Positions 1-13,284 of a DNA stretch of 64,000 bases are shown here, piece by piece. The stretch covers positions 103,914,001 to 103,978,000 of the forward strand of contig CM059432.1 in NCBI GenBank assembly GCA_030390025.1, written 5' to 3'. The translations under genes were made by a program, and so were the position numbers. The stretch's first letter is position 1. Each line of letters starts with the position of its first letter. The DNA is from Squalus acanthias. Its lineage: Eukaryota. The notes under the pieces are model-generated. The model ran no database searches. It saw only the letters and a program-made list of their open reading frames with translations, and was not told where the DNA came from.

Positions 1-481
1 ATCATTTTCCGAGATGCATTCCCTGCCAGCGCTGCTCCCACTGGAATTGCCACATCGCAGAATCAAATCTATTGTTTTTTATCTCATACTTGAGAGATGT
101 TAATTTTCTACTCGTGCTCTGGTTCAGTTTTGTCCAATAAGGTTAAACATGTGGCTAATTGCATTTCTGATTAATAAGTAAAAAATGAGAAATGGACCCC
201 ATCGTTGGCATGTGATCTCAACACTGATATTTGCATGGCGTGCACATTCATTGGTAAAATGGTAAGACGAAAGACAGAGTGTGCAAGTGTTTTTTGATTG
301 TTGTGAGTATTTTACTTCTTTGGTTACTAAATGGCAGTAGATGTTTGTTAAGTAAATATAGACAGATGTAAAGTATTGTGTGTATGTAAGGCGTTTTCTA
401 CTAAAATTAGTGCTCGTGGCTAAAACGGTGTCGCCATAGCCACACCTGTGGCTAATCAGTGATTTCTATTGGACAACCCTG
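1..481. mobile_element. Probable end of a hAT-type DNA transposon, truncated by the window edge
   Basis: Ends in ttggacaaccctg (reverse complement CAGGGTTGTCCAA, a hAT-like terminus), preceded by subterminal gtggcta/tagccac inverted motifs. The other end is not visible. Confidence 0.45.
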
Positions 482-1248
482 CTCTATTTCTATAATCACA
501 ATCATATGTTTAATAACCTTATTACATCTGTATTATTTGATTAACCTCACTGATAGTGCTAGGAGCAGTACAATTGGTTGCAAATTATGCCCCTAGGTTA
601 GGGAGGAGAAAAATCAGCCCTGTTTCCTCCTTCTGATTGCTATACTAGAAATGCACATACCTGGATACTGGCTCGGCACAGGTCTTAGACGACATGTTAC
701 ACAATTGAATAGGACTATCAAAGCTCACGTATGAACACTTAGGCGAGGTACAGGAGTGAACCAACCATGGAACTGTATCCCAGTGAGGGAGTCAACACCT
801 TCAGGACAAGATGGGGAGGGGAATTGGAGAGAATAAAAAAGTTCTTTAAAAGACTCATGTCGAAACATGCCCAATGCCTTTAGCAATCAATGTATGTTGC
901 ACCCACTCTATAACATTTAAAAGACAATTTTAGTTACCTTCTGAAAATAATCTAGTGCTTTAATGAAGTGTGACCTATTGCTTCTTGAACTACCTTTAGT
1001 ACTTGTAATGTGCTCTTTAGATGAGGTTGTTGGTGTTACATTTTAGGATTTTTAGGAGTCACACTTGGCCAATATTATACCTGACCAGGCACCAAAAGTA
1101 ATAAAAATGTTCCACTCCCTAGTGCCGTACACATACAATATATTAATGAAGAGAGGAACAATTAAACAAAAATAGTTTAAAAGAAAAAAATTCTATTAAC
1201 TTTTCAATGATATTTAGGAATAGAATTTAGAGATGTGTTGAGACAGAA

Positions 1249-3072
1249 GGTTTCAGTGAGATAACACTGCCTCCTGACAGTTCCAGTGGGTTTTAGTGAG
1301 ATACCACTGCCTCCTGACAGTTCCAGGTGGGTTTTAGTGAGATACCACTGCCACCAGACAGTTCCAGCTGGGTTTTAGTGAGATATCACTGCCTCCTGAC
1401 AGTTCCAGGTGGGTTTTAGTGAGATATCACTGCCTCCTGACAGTTCCAGGTGGGTTTTAGTGAGATACCACTGCCTCCTGACAGTTCCAGCTGGGTTTTA
1501 GCGAGATACCACTGCCTCCTGACAGTTCCAGGTGGGTTTTAGTGAGATACCACCGTTCCCAGACAGTTCCAGGTGGGTTTTAGTGAGATATCACTGCCTC
1601 CTGACAGTTCCAGGTGGGTTTTAGTGAGATACCACCGTTCCCAGACAGTTCCAGGTGGGTTTTAGTGAGATACCACTGCCTCCTGACAGTTCCAGGTGGG
1701 TTTTAGTGAGATACCACTGTTCCCAGACAGTTCCAGGTGGGTTTTAGTGAGATACCATTGCCACCAGACAGTTCCAGCTGGGTTTTAGTGAGATATCACT
1801 GCCTCCTGACAGTTCCAGGTGGGTTTTAGTGAGATATCACTGCCTCCTGACAGTTCCAGGTGGGTTTTAGTGAGATACCACTGCCTCCTGACAGTTCCAG
1901 CTGGGTTTTAGTGAGATATCACTGCCTCCTGACAGTTCCAGGTGGGTTTTAGTGAGATACCACCATTCCCAGACAGTTCCAGGTGGGTTTTACTGAGATA
2001 TCACTGCCTCCTGACAGTTCCAGGTGGGCTTTAGTGAGATACCACCATTCCCAGACAGTTCCAGGTGGGTTTTAGTGAGATACCACTGCCTCCTGACAGT
2101 TCCAGGTGGGTTTTAGTGAGATACCACTGCCTCCTGACAGTTCCAGGTGGGCTTTAGTGAGATACCACTGCCTCCTGACAGTTCCAGGTGGGCTTTAGTG
2201 AGATACCACCATTCCCAGACAGTTCCAGGTGGGTTTTAGTGAGATACCACTGCCTCCTGACAGTTCCAGGTGGGGTTCAGTGAGATACCACTGCCTCCGG
2301 ACAGTTCCAGGTGGGTTCAGTGAGATACCACTGCCTCCTGACAGTTCCAGCTGGGTTTTAGTGAGATATCACTGCCTCCGGACAGTTCCAGGTGGGTTCA
2401 GTGAGATACCACTGCCTCCGGACAGTTCCAGGTGGGTTTTAGTGAGATACCACTGCCTCCTGACAGTTCCAGTGGGTTTTAGTGAGATACCACTGCCTCC
2501 TGACAGTTCCAGGTGGGCTTTAGTGAGATACCACCATTCCCAGACAGTTCCAGGTAGGTTTTAGTGAGATACCACTGCCTCCTGACAGTTCCAGGTGGGT
2601 TTTAGTGAGATACCACTGCCTCCTGACAGTTCCAGGTGGGTTTTAGTGAGATATCACTGCCTCCTGACAGTTTCAGGTGGGTTTTAGTGAGATACCACTG
2701 CCTCCTGACAGTTCCAGGTGGGTTTTAGTGAGATACCACTGCCTCCTGACAGTTCCAGGTGGGTTTTAGTGAGATATCACTGCCTCCTGACAGTTCCAGG
2801 TGGGTTTTAGTGAGATATCACTGCCTCCTGACAGTTCCAGGTGGGTTTTAGTGAGATACCACTGCCTCCTGACAGTTCCAGTGGGTTTTAGTGAGATACC
2901 ACTGCCTCCTGACAGTTCCAGGTGGGTTCAGTGAGATACCACTGCCTCCGGACAGTTCCAGGTGGGCTTTAGTGAGATACCACCGTTCCCAGACAGTTCC
3001 AGATGGATTTTAGTGAGATACCACTGCCTCCTGACAGTTCCAGGTTGGTTTTAGTGAGATACCACTGACTCT
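1249..3072. repeat. Minisatellite, 41-bp unit (GTGGGTTTTAGTGAGATACCACTGCCTCCTGACAGTTCCAG), about 44 copies
   Basis: Head-to-tail tandem copies; ttccag recurs at 1321 and 1362. A few variant units, no spacers. Confidence 0.98.
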
Positions 3073-3879
3073 GATGACCTTTGTTTCAAATGGCCTCTGT
3101 TCTATTTTTGGACTGCAATCTAGAAATTGCTGTGTGGGATTATTAGCGCACAAATCCTCACTACAGGCTTATGATATGTTCCTTGTCCCTTATTTTCTCA
3201 GAGAATTAAAATAAATCTGCTGACGCCTCTGTTAAAATAACAAAATAATGTCATATGAACTCATCAAGCTTTGTACATTAATATCACACAGTAATTTCGC
3301 AACTCTGATTATCTCACGTGAAGAGGAATTAAGATTTTAAAAGTTATAAATCTGCAGAATTTTAAGGGTATCTGGATGAAAGTGCAGAGGATATAAATTA
3401 AAATAATCTGCTAAATGTTATTCAGAACCACTCACCTCAAATTAATTCTGAAGAATAATATAGATAGCCTTATGATGTTTGGGTGGATCTTAGGTATCGG
3501 CATCTGTAAAGATGTAAACAGTGCAGATACAATCCTGCTTTCCTGATTCATAACTAGTTTGGCTCCCTCTCATGGTTCAGTTGGCCAAATAGTCTCTGAC
3601 ACTCAAAACCAAGCCGCTCACCAAAAGAATGGTTACTTGGGTAAGGCATTGGAGGGTGAATATTGCCCATGAAACCTTTCCCAAGGATGAATTGCCACAG
3701 TGAGGGGAGAAAGAGAGAAAAATTAGAGGGGGGAAATTTAGGCCTGAGACTGATGAAAGTTAATATGGATAAGTGTAAAGTACTGATTTAAAAAAATGGA
3801 ATATAAATATTCGGTGAATGGTGTTGAAATATCTAAGAATGAAGTTAAAAGAGATGTACGGTTACAGTACAGCCACGTT

Positions 3880-4450
3880 GGACATGTCCAATCACTACAC
3901 AGCAGCAATCAAGAAAGCAAATAGAATGCTGATTCTGCATAACCAAAATAGTAGAGTACAGGTTGGAGGAAGTCATGCTCAAAATGTATCATGCTCTTGA
4001 GAACATCTTGGTTACTATGTCTCAGTCTGATCACCAACACACAAGGGAGACATTCAAGCTCTGGAGGCTGTTCATGGCTGATCCCTAGCATCAGAGGACT
4101 GAGTTACAAGGAAAGACTGAAGAAACTTGGGGCTTTTCAAATTTGAAACAAGGTAACTAAGAGGTGACCCTGTAGAGGTATATAAGGTAATAAACAATAG
4201 AAAAGGTAGATTCAGAACTCTACTTCGAACTAAACCATGACAGTAAGACACAAGTTCAAACTAGTGAAAAGCAAATTTAAGACTGATGTCAAGTTCTTCA
4301 TGCAAAGAATGATCACCACATGAATAGACCACTAGGTAGGATAATGGAGGTTAAAACCCTGGAATCATTTAAGAACAGATAGATACTGTGAAAAGGATTT
4401 TGATGTCTTTCTGGACGGATAACCTAAGATAGGCTGAATTGTCTTGCTCA
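3880..4450 (+). mobile_element. Old, degenerate CR1 LINE 3' fragment
   Basis: Translated remnants such as AIKKANRML, plus sequence resembling the CR1 ORF2 C-terminus (RGD..EVYK region); many stops and indels. Confidence 0.7.
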
Positions 4451-5267
4451 TTTTTATATGAACATTTTGTACCTAGTGGCAGAATCAGGTACTCTCAGCT
4501 GAGGTATAAATGCAGGGTTCACTTCAGATGAGAGTGCCTGATGTCTTGTGAGATATAGCCTGCATTCAGAGCTCCCCCTGTATCACTTTCACAATATCAC
4601 TGAATGATACAGTAAGAAGAATGTGCCATAGTGCTGCAGCAGGATATTTCCATTCCCATACTGTTTTGCCTGAGTCAATGCCAGTTATGCAATATTTAAA
4701 GACAGTTTGTTCTGCTGACTCACATCCATTGGGACTTGGGTTGAGACTGACCACACTCATTTCACTAAAAGCTCTAAACACCCATCATAAAGAGGAAATT
4801 TTAATTGTTTGTCTTTAATCCTGGGCAGAAATAAATTGGGAACTGGTCAGTAATATAGTTGGTTTCACATTAACTTTAATGACCTAACTTCCAGGAGTCA
4901 GAAAGTACTCTGGTGATAATGGAAGATCTGAGTAATTGTCTCCACCCAGTCTACATGGATTGAATTTGAACTCAGAATACTATAAGTAAAAGGGCAATGT
5001 TCTAACACTTTTCACAACACAGACCTCTCAGGTATTCTCAGATCTAGTCCTCACTAGTCCAAAACCACATTAAGGATTAGTGTGATATACTGATGTTAAA
5101 GTGGTTGATAGGCATTCTAGTGTATATTATTATTTACTGAACGTCAGAAACTGTAGCACTATTATTTTCAAGATAAATGTCTTCAATTAAAAAGCAGCTA
5201 TTAACTCCTTGCACACTGAAAACCCTTTTGAGAGTTTAAGTTGGACCCATCTTTCCCTTTACTAAAT

Positions 5268-5906
5268 GGGCCAAAATTTGGTGCCGCTGGGCATCTGCAT
5301 CATGTGCCGTTAGACTTTTTCCTGCACCCTTCAGCTCAAAAAATTTTTGCCCACAAAGTTGCTGGAACTACGAGCTGATAACGGCGCGAGGAGGTCAACA
5401 GGGCATCTGGGACCCTGATGAATGATGGGACCAAAAGTGTATCTCCTTAACCAATGAGATTTAAGGATTGAGAAATAAGCAGAGGAAGGTCTGAGAAGTA
5501 GGATGAATTGGAGTGGGTAAATTCAATTTTAAATCAGGTACCAAAAGAGAAATCGAGTGAAAGCAAGATTGGATTAAGAGAAAGAGAGAAAACAGACAGA
5601 AAAGAAAAGTAAGGAAAAAAATTGAATTTAAAATTTGACATTTTTAAAATCTCCAACAATTCACTACTTGAAGGAATGAGACTTCACATTTTTAATCGTT
5701 CACTTTCTGGGCCAGAGAGATTGATTGGCAGTCATTAACAATTATCATGTTGTTAAAAGAGTATTGCACCATTAATTACTAGATTTAACTTACTGTGGCA
5801 AGTGGTGATTTGTAATTCACAGGGTATCACTTCCCCGCCACAAGTTGCTGGGCGATTTGTACATTAATAACGGCGCATGTCGTATTTTTTCAGCAAATTC
5901 CGGCCC
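5268..5906 (-). mobile_element. Harbinger-type MITE (family A)
   Basis: Termini GGGCCAAAATTTG ... CAAATTCCGGCCC. Interior resembles the reverse complement of 28679-29389. Confidence 0.7.
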
Positions 5907-6574
5907 AAACTATTTTTCTAATTTCTTCTTATTTTCCATCTAATTTTCTCCCCTTACCCTTCCTCTCCAAACATGCAACTCATACTAGGATACAGTTCTA
6001 CACCGGCTGCAGTGGCACTAAAGTACCTCACCCAAGTGGCATTCTCCATATGTGTGCTTGGACAGTGAATCCCTGAAATTCCTGGAGCCAGAGAGGGCAG
6101 AAAGTCTCATTTTCATCAGAAATTTGGGAAGAAACCTGGGTAGGCCAGGATTCCGTCCCTTTAAATTCTTATTTTGTTCCTTCTAAGCTTCAAATAAAAC
6201 CATACTCTTCATAACATCCTCACTGTGTTGAAATCAAGATTTATCGTCTGTTCTCTTATTCTGACTCATTCTCTCCCAGGATCGCAAATTAGGGAACTCC
6301 TTTTCCCTCAGTTTTCCTTCCTCCTACAATATTCAGGCTTTTAATACATAAGTTTGATGTCCTCTAATCACTACTTCCTTACTTTTTTGATTGCTTTTAC
6401 TTTTTTCAGCCTTGGCGATGTTCTTCACATTTGACCTTGACCCTTCACCTTGGATTCTTGAAAAAAAGAACATAAATGACACTGACAGAGACCAGGATGA
6501 TTCAATGTTCAATTTCTAATTGGTGTTGAGTTAGCCTAACACTAGTTAGCTCGTTATGAAGTATCAACCTGCCT

Positions 6575-6996
6575 CATTTGGTAGCTCTTTCAAGTCAGAA
6601 GGTTGTGGGTTCAAGAACCACTCTAGGTTTTGAGCATATAATCTAAGCCAAAACTTCAATGCAATACTGAAGGAGTGCTACATTGTTGGAGGTATCACCC
6701 TTTTGATGAAACGTTAAACCAAGGCCATGTCTGGTAATTCAGGTAGATGTTAAGAATCCCGTGGCACATTTTGAAGAAAAGCAGGGCATTTCCTGATGTC
6801 TTGACCAACATTCCTCCCTCAACGAACACCACCAAAAATAGATTACTGGTCATTCATTGTATTATTCTATGTTGAATTTTGCTGTATCCAAAATGGTTGC
6901 CACATTTGCTACATAGCAGTCACTGCACTTCAAAGTAATTAATTCTTTGTAAAACACAGTGTTACTTCTGAGAAATGTGATAAGGCGTTATGTGAA
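6575..6996 (+). mobile_element. tRNA-derived DeuSINE (SacSINE1-like), degenerate
   Basis: B box GGTTCAAG; central domain similar to the copies at 19137 and 40655; L2-like tail aaggcgttatgtgaaa. Confidence 0.75.
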
Positions 6997-7000
6997 ACAA

Positions 7001-7120
7001 AGACACAGAATTTCCTCAGAGCTGCTACCGCTCCATCGACATGTATAAAAAGAGTTTCTGCACATTTCCAGCGAAGTTATGGTGGCGGAGCAGAAGCAGC
7101 TCTGAGGAAATTCTTGGCCC
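7001..7120. mobile_element. Short palindromic MITE
   Basis: agaatttcctcagagctgct at the left pairs with agcagctctgaggaaattct at the right; ends in GGCCC. Confidence 0.7.
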
Positions 7121-8814
7121 AAGTATTTCTTTTCCCACTTTTAGCTTACTGCAGCCAGGGAAGTGGTGGGAACATGACACTTGACCTAATTATTCCTGGA
7201 TAAGTGAGCTAAACAAAGCGACCCAGTTCTCACTGCTGTCCACTGCTGGAAAGTACAGATGTGTGGACATCTCAAAAGGGTAAGATCAGGCTTCGCTCTG
7301 CTTCCTGCAATGATTGCTTAGGCGCCTGCGACTCACTGTCTACAAACACTCCAGAGGAATGGCCACCACCAGCACTAGGTAGTGGAGTGCTGTCGGTGCC
7401 AATGAAGCACACGGCAGCATGAGTGTCCACCTTCAAGAGAGGGGGTGAGAATGTTGGACACAAAACTTGAAAAACAAAAACAAAAATGTACTGCACTATC
7501 ATTTGAAATTTCAAAAATTCAAATTGATTAAGTATTTTCTACCTTCCAGCCCGCAATCCACTCCAACCTCCTCGAGCACAGTGCAGATCAAGTACGTATA
7601 GCTTTGGCAACACACTCAGTTCACATGTAAGATACCATCTCCTCCAACTCACTGTTCATCGCCTATCACTGGGATTGGTAAGAGAGTGATCTGCAATAAC
7701 ACGCCTTACGATTTCCTTTCTGGGTGGGAAGGGTATAGAGGAAACTGTGAAAGAACCTGTGCTCAGTGCCTCCCCTCACAGCAGAACTAAGATCATCTCC
7801 TTTCAGAGTGGGAAATCTCAGGATCCAGCCTGTGATCTGACATTTGATGGCGCTAGGTGTTGGACCACCAATGTGCTGTGCCATTGCAACTCTTTTGAGA
7901 TGTTTTAAAGTATAATAAATTTGGTAGGTAGGGTGAGCTCTCCAAAGTGAACAGCTGCATTCTATTCTTTTCTGCACGCTACTGCAGAAGCCATTTCACC
8001 CACAGCACGTCACAGTGGCCAACTCACAATTTCCTCTGTTTGAATTGGCAGCCTGAAAAGATGAAGATGTGTTTTTCCCTCCCCCACTATTTATATGAGC
8101 TTCCGCCATGCTTTAAGGTCAAAGCAATGCATTCAAAAATGTGTCACAAAGCAGAAAGTGGAAGGGGGGGGTGAATCCAACTTACCCTCCCACATAGAAC
8201 TAAAGCTCACAATCCACTCCAACCCCCCCTCATGTACAATGCCAATCAAGTGTGTGCAGCTTTGGCAACACGCTCAATGCACATGTGTAAGATATCAGTG
8301 CATGAAGGACCATGCAAACACAATATGAACTGACTGAACCTGACATCTAAATGTGTGTTAAAGCATTTTCTCTCTTTTTTTCTTACCTAGAAATAAAGAA
8401 AATAAATAGAAAATGTCAGGAAGGAAATTGCTTTGTGTGATGCAGCACAGATGCTGCAGCCATTTCAACAGAGGTTCAGCTTATTTTTTTAAATGCAATA
8501 GGAAATTACATATGTGTATTTCTTGAACATTCTTGTTCAATATGCCACCAGTACTCCCAGAAGACAGGAGCACTGTGCCGCGTGGCGGTGGCAGCAGCCA
8601 TGTTTAATTCAAGATGGTTGTTTTTAAAACCAAGAACAAATTGCTTCAGCATTGTCTGCCACTGCATAAATTCATTCTCTTTTAACTGCGCACTTCTAAA
8701 AACGTACATCCCAGCAAAAAGAGGAAGCAGATTTTTTTTTCATGGTTTACACTCCAGCAAAATGCATTTACAACTAACTTTGAGAGGTTGGAGGTGCTCC
8801 AGTCTAAATAGATA

Positions 8815-8951
8815 ATGCACTTGCTTAAAACCTGTTCTATCTTTAACTTATTCCAGTTCTGACGAAGGGTCATCGACCTGAAACGTTAACTCTCCACAGA
8901 TGCTGCCTGACCTGCTGAGTATTTCCAGCATTTTCTGTTTTTATTTTAGAT
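8815..8951 (+). mobile_element. Solo fragment of a Penelope-like pLTR
   Basis: Near-identical to 21630-21775 (gcacttgcttaaaa ... cctgacctgctgagtatttccagc). Confidence 0.85.
8855..8891 (+). ncRNA. Minimal type I hammerhead ribozyme motif
   Basis: AGTT-CTGACGA-AGGGTC ATC GACCT-GAAA-CGTT-AACT: intact CUGANGA and GAAA cores, stem I AGUU/AACU, palindromic ACGU stem III. Confidence 0.75.
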
Positions 8952-10664
8952 AATGGATGAGTTAGTTTAGAAAAGTGCTGTGATGCTTGGAAAACAATGA
9001 GCACCTTTACCTATTTGAGATCAGGCCCCATTAATTTGTGAACATGAGTGTGAGACGGGCAAGAGGTGACACCGGCAGGATACAGGAGATTTTGTGTGTG
9101 TCTTGTCCTGTACGTGCTCTCACTTCTAGAAATGGCCTGAAGTTCAATTTAAACAAATGGAAACATGAAACTGCAAGTGTGATTCATCAATGCTCAGCTA
9201 GTCATTGGTTTGTTGGCAACTCCACCTCGGTATAAATTTATAGGAGACTCCCTTGTTCCAACCTCGCCTCATTTCAGTCAGACATGCACCCAGTTTAAAC
9301 CTACTGACTCACCCATTAGTGCTGATGTTGGGATTGTGCAGAACAGCCCACAATTAGCCTATAGGGCAGCAATATTTGGGATGACTGACAAAGAAAGGGA
9401 GGAGCAAAGGCATTATACAAATGAAATAAATTATTTTAAAGTGGTGATGCCCTTGTGAAAAGTTGTTCGGGAAAACTTTTCTTATTTTGATCACAATTAC
9501 TTCACTCTGAAGTATATTCGCCCCCATATCATTGTCAAAAGGCTGGTGGCAATGCATTCACACATTTTATGGTGAATTATACTGCTGGCTATGTGACTTG
9601 TAACAAGCACATGGCTCTGTTGTTCACCTAGTAAGGGATGAAACCAGCACTTGTCTAATGTCTAGTGACCAACTAGGAACTATCCTTCTTGGTGAGTCTT
9701 TCTATCCTTCAAGTGGGATTTTTGCAGTAAAAATGTCTTCAAGATGATATACTTGTTTGATGGAAAGTCAGAGTGAAATTAACCCTCTGTGGCAGACCCT
9801 TTAATCCAATACCTGAGCATGGGTCCAGAGCACTCTAAGGCACTGTCAATAATTAGCTAGCCAGCTTGGCATATAAAGGTCACTGGGGGCTTGGATTCTT
9901 CCCACACAGCTCCAGATAGCCCTGTAAGCCAATGCCGTAACAGGAAGAGTGATCCGACCTGGACCAGCAGTTGAAAGTATTCTGTGCTGGAGAACTGTGC
10001 AGTTTTAGCTGATTAAACTCTAACAGTGCCCCAGAGTAGACATGGACATATTTAAGCCTTTGCTCTTACCAACCTGCACCTAAGCTGTCTGGACTTGGTT
10101 AAGTGGGATGTGCTCCCTCAGGGAGAGTGTGTTTACTGTATATCAGGCAAACAGAAACTCTACCTGTGTGGATTTCTCACTAGGTTTGTTTGGAGATGCT
10201 TAAACATGGTGATGGGTTTCTGTATGTATCAGACAGGCAGCCGAACAAAAAAAAATGACTGTATTGCTGTTTGTTCTTCACTCCCAATGCTTCTGTATCA
10301 GTCATTAATACTCTGAAATTGTCTCCCAAAACCAATTTGCCTCACAACCAATATCAATGCCTTCAAAAGTCTCCGAAAAAACCATTCTCTTCAACCATAC
10401 CATGGGTCCGGTCCCACCCACCTCATTCTCTTCCTGAATGGTGCCTACTGCTCCCCTTGTTGAGTGTTGTGAGACAGTGTTTTAAATGAGGAACACTACA
10501 CAAAAACAAGTTGTTATTGAAGTTAAGTAATGATTCATTTCAACATCATTTTCATCATTACCCTGTGTTTCTAAACAAACCAAACAATGTTTGCCAACCA
10601 CTTTTCATAAAGACAGTGGCCCATTGCTTGAACAGAGCAGCCTAGAATAAATACCTTCGCCATG

Positions 10665-10820
10665 ATTTATCCTGGGGGGTACGGGGGGTTCTCCAAATCA
10701 GCCACCATACCTTCGGCAGTAGATCAGCGGAAACTCCAGATACATGCATAAACGGAGTTTCCGCCAATGGTGGCTGATCGGGAAAAGCCCTTCCCCCACC
10801 CCAAGGAAATTCCCAGTGCT
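10665..10820. mobile_element. Palindromic MITE related to 7001-7120
   Basis: Inverted arms atcagccacca/tggtggctgat and gcggaaactcc/ggagtttccgc around a catgcataaa core. Confidence 0.6.
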
Positions 10821-10852
10821 TTTTTATAACGTGCCCCATTCACTTTAATATA

Positions 10853-11075
10853 TCATAGAATCATACTGCATAGAAGAGGCCATTTGATCCCCCATGCATG
10901 TGCTGTCTCTTTGAAAGAACTATCCAATTAGTCCCTCTCCCTGTTCTTTCCTCATAGCCCTGCAAATATTTCCTTTTCAAGTATTTATCCAATTCCCTTT
11001 TGAAACTTACTACTGAATCAGCTTCCACCACCCTTTCAGGCAATGCACTCCAGATCATAACATCTCGATGTTTAT
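10853..11075 (-). mobile_element. CR1 LINE 3' fragment
   Basis: ORF remnant WSALPERVVEADSVVSFKRELDKYL, plus a CR1 tail. Confidence 0.85.
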
Positions 11076-11904
11076 ATATATTTCTGATTTCCAAAGACAG
11101 ACTTGTAGAGATGACTGGCGTATTATGATAAGTTTAACAATAAAACCACAATCCTTCCTGCTTTTATGCTGTGATAAATCCTAGAAATGTCTTTGCTGAT
11201 TTTCACCTTTTGCTTAAATTAAGAAAAATCAAATGTTCTTCTGTAATGTATTACAGCTCAGTGCTGGCATGCCTGTATATATTACAAGCAAATTAGTTGA
11301 TAGAACACATGGAAATCTCTAACAGCTGCTTGATTCTACTCTAGAAACTTTGGCACCACTGTAATTCATTCAATTTTTCACATCAGTTTTCTTTTGTTTA
11401 TAAATGGTTTTCATTCACTCCAAGCCACCCACAGACTGGTGCTATTCAGACAGGTGTTCAGTGATATTTCAGTAGGTCCATGGGGATGAAAATACCTGCT
11501 TGATTAAAAACAGCCTGGAATTGTTCCAATATATTTAAACACAAAATTGGTTTTGAAATTCCGAAAAAAAAGTTCCCACTTACTCAACACGGCTGACTCC
11601 CTCCTTTATTAACAAGCATTTAAGTGCCTTTTGTCTTCAAAATGCTACCATAATTTGCAGAATGCTTGTCATTGTCTAAATTTGCATACTTACTGTGAAA
11701 AGGATTTGAAGTAGTCTCAATTTCTCTGGCGGTAGAGTGTTTTTTTGAGGTCTACAAGAAATTGCATCTCAGCATGGAAGTACATTAGTGAACTATATGT
11801 CAGCTACTCTCCATAAAGTATGAAGCAGAAAAGAGACAGTATAAAGGAATTTGAGATTAATGTTATGCAGAGTGAAAATGTTACCAAACAGTTGAATCTG
11901 AGAT

Positions 11905-12150
11905 TCCCCAGACAGCTTAGTGGATGGATACGCTGCCCGTGTGGTACTGAGCTAGGAGGATCTGAGGTTCAATCATTAGACTGTGCTTAGTTAGCTGATC
12001 TCAGCTAAGGTGGCAGTTAGGATGGTACAATTGGCCTCAGCATCCAAGGCAATGAAGAGGGAAAATCAGCTCGGGTTCATTCTTATGATCATTATCTAGT
12101 AACACTTGATGGAAAGTGCATGTGTGTGGACTGTTACAATTTGGCCTACT
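11905..12150 (+). mobile_element. Old tRNA-derived SINE-like repeat, family not identified
   Basis: B-box-like GGTTCAATC followed by gagttagctgatctcagc. Related pieces lie near 520-830, at 37700-37747/39362-39450 and at 62400-63045 (minus). Confidence 0.45.
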
Positions 12151-13284
12151 TCTTAATGTTCTTTGTTTGTGTTCTCAACAAAAGTCTGCCTCCATGGGAA
12201 AGCTGGGCATTCCTATAAACCATAACTTGCTTTTATTTGTGAAGTATCTCAGAAAGCATGCCACAATCTGAACAATAACCTCTTATACCATTGGGGTATG
12301 CACTGGAAATAGCATGGGATGGCACCATATACTCTTGATCCCTCTAAAACAGCAGAAAAACACCATGCTAATAGAATCATGTAGCTTAGGTTAAAACTGC
12401 TCATCTAAATTTATTGTAAGAAGTAAAATTATACAGATGAAAAATTAAATTAGCAGGGCAGGTCACAATAATTTAAAACTTTTACTGGTATCTGTTCAGA
12501 GTCTAAAGTAGTGAATCATTTCAAGGTACTTAATCATTGTTTAACTGAGTTTAGATGCTGTAAATGGGTTCTAACAGCCATGAAGTTCCAGCTCACCACT
12601 GTGACACAGAGCTAAATGTTTTAATCATGTGAACTGTCAAACTAACACAAGACTACAGGATATATCTCTATTAGTTAGCCTTGGAGCATAGACCTATCAA
12701 TCAATTCATACTTCAAAGACATCAAGGCTGCCGCTTAGATACTCAACATCAAACATTCTTACAGGTCCAGGACAAAGGAAACCTGTCTCAATAGACAAGA
12801 GTCTACTAGTGGGACATGAGACAGAAATTATGATTAGTGACTTGGGGAAAAATTTGGCTGGTTAGCGCCTCCCACGGGTGCTAACGACTTACCACCCAGG
12901 CATGGCGATGTTAGCGTCGCTGGTGAAATTCACCTGGCGGTTTGCGGCGGTGGTAACCACTACTGCCACAATCACCTGCGCCCAGAGATCGTGACATCAT
13001 CCGGCCGTGCATCACCCTGGTAGCGCCCTGGGACAGAAATTAATTTCCGTTCCCTGCCGCAGCGCCTGCCATTAGGAACGACAGGTACAGGAGGCAGTTT
13101 GCAGTCGGCTGGGAGCTGGGGGAGCGCTATTTAAAGGCGTGAACTTCCTGGGGTTTTTTGTCGGCAAACAATGCTGCCTTGTCACTTTGACAGGAGCAGA
13201 CAGGCGTTTTGACCCATTTGAGGCTTTCTTGCTTGAAGGAGTTTTGTTCCTGACAAAAATTTATCAGGTTGATTTGTCTTACTT

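Noticed and set aside
1249..3072. CRISPR array, or a real 111-aa protein at 2229-2564
   Set aside because: Units are contiguous with no unique spacers, there are no cas genes, and the context is vertebrate. The ORF is just a translation of the repeat.
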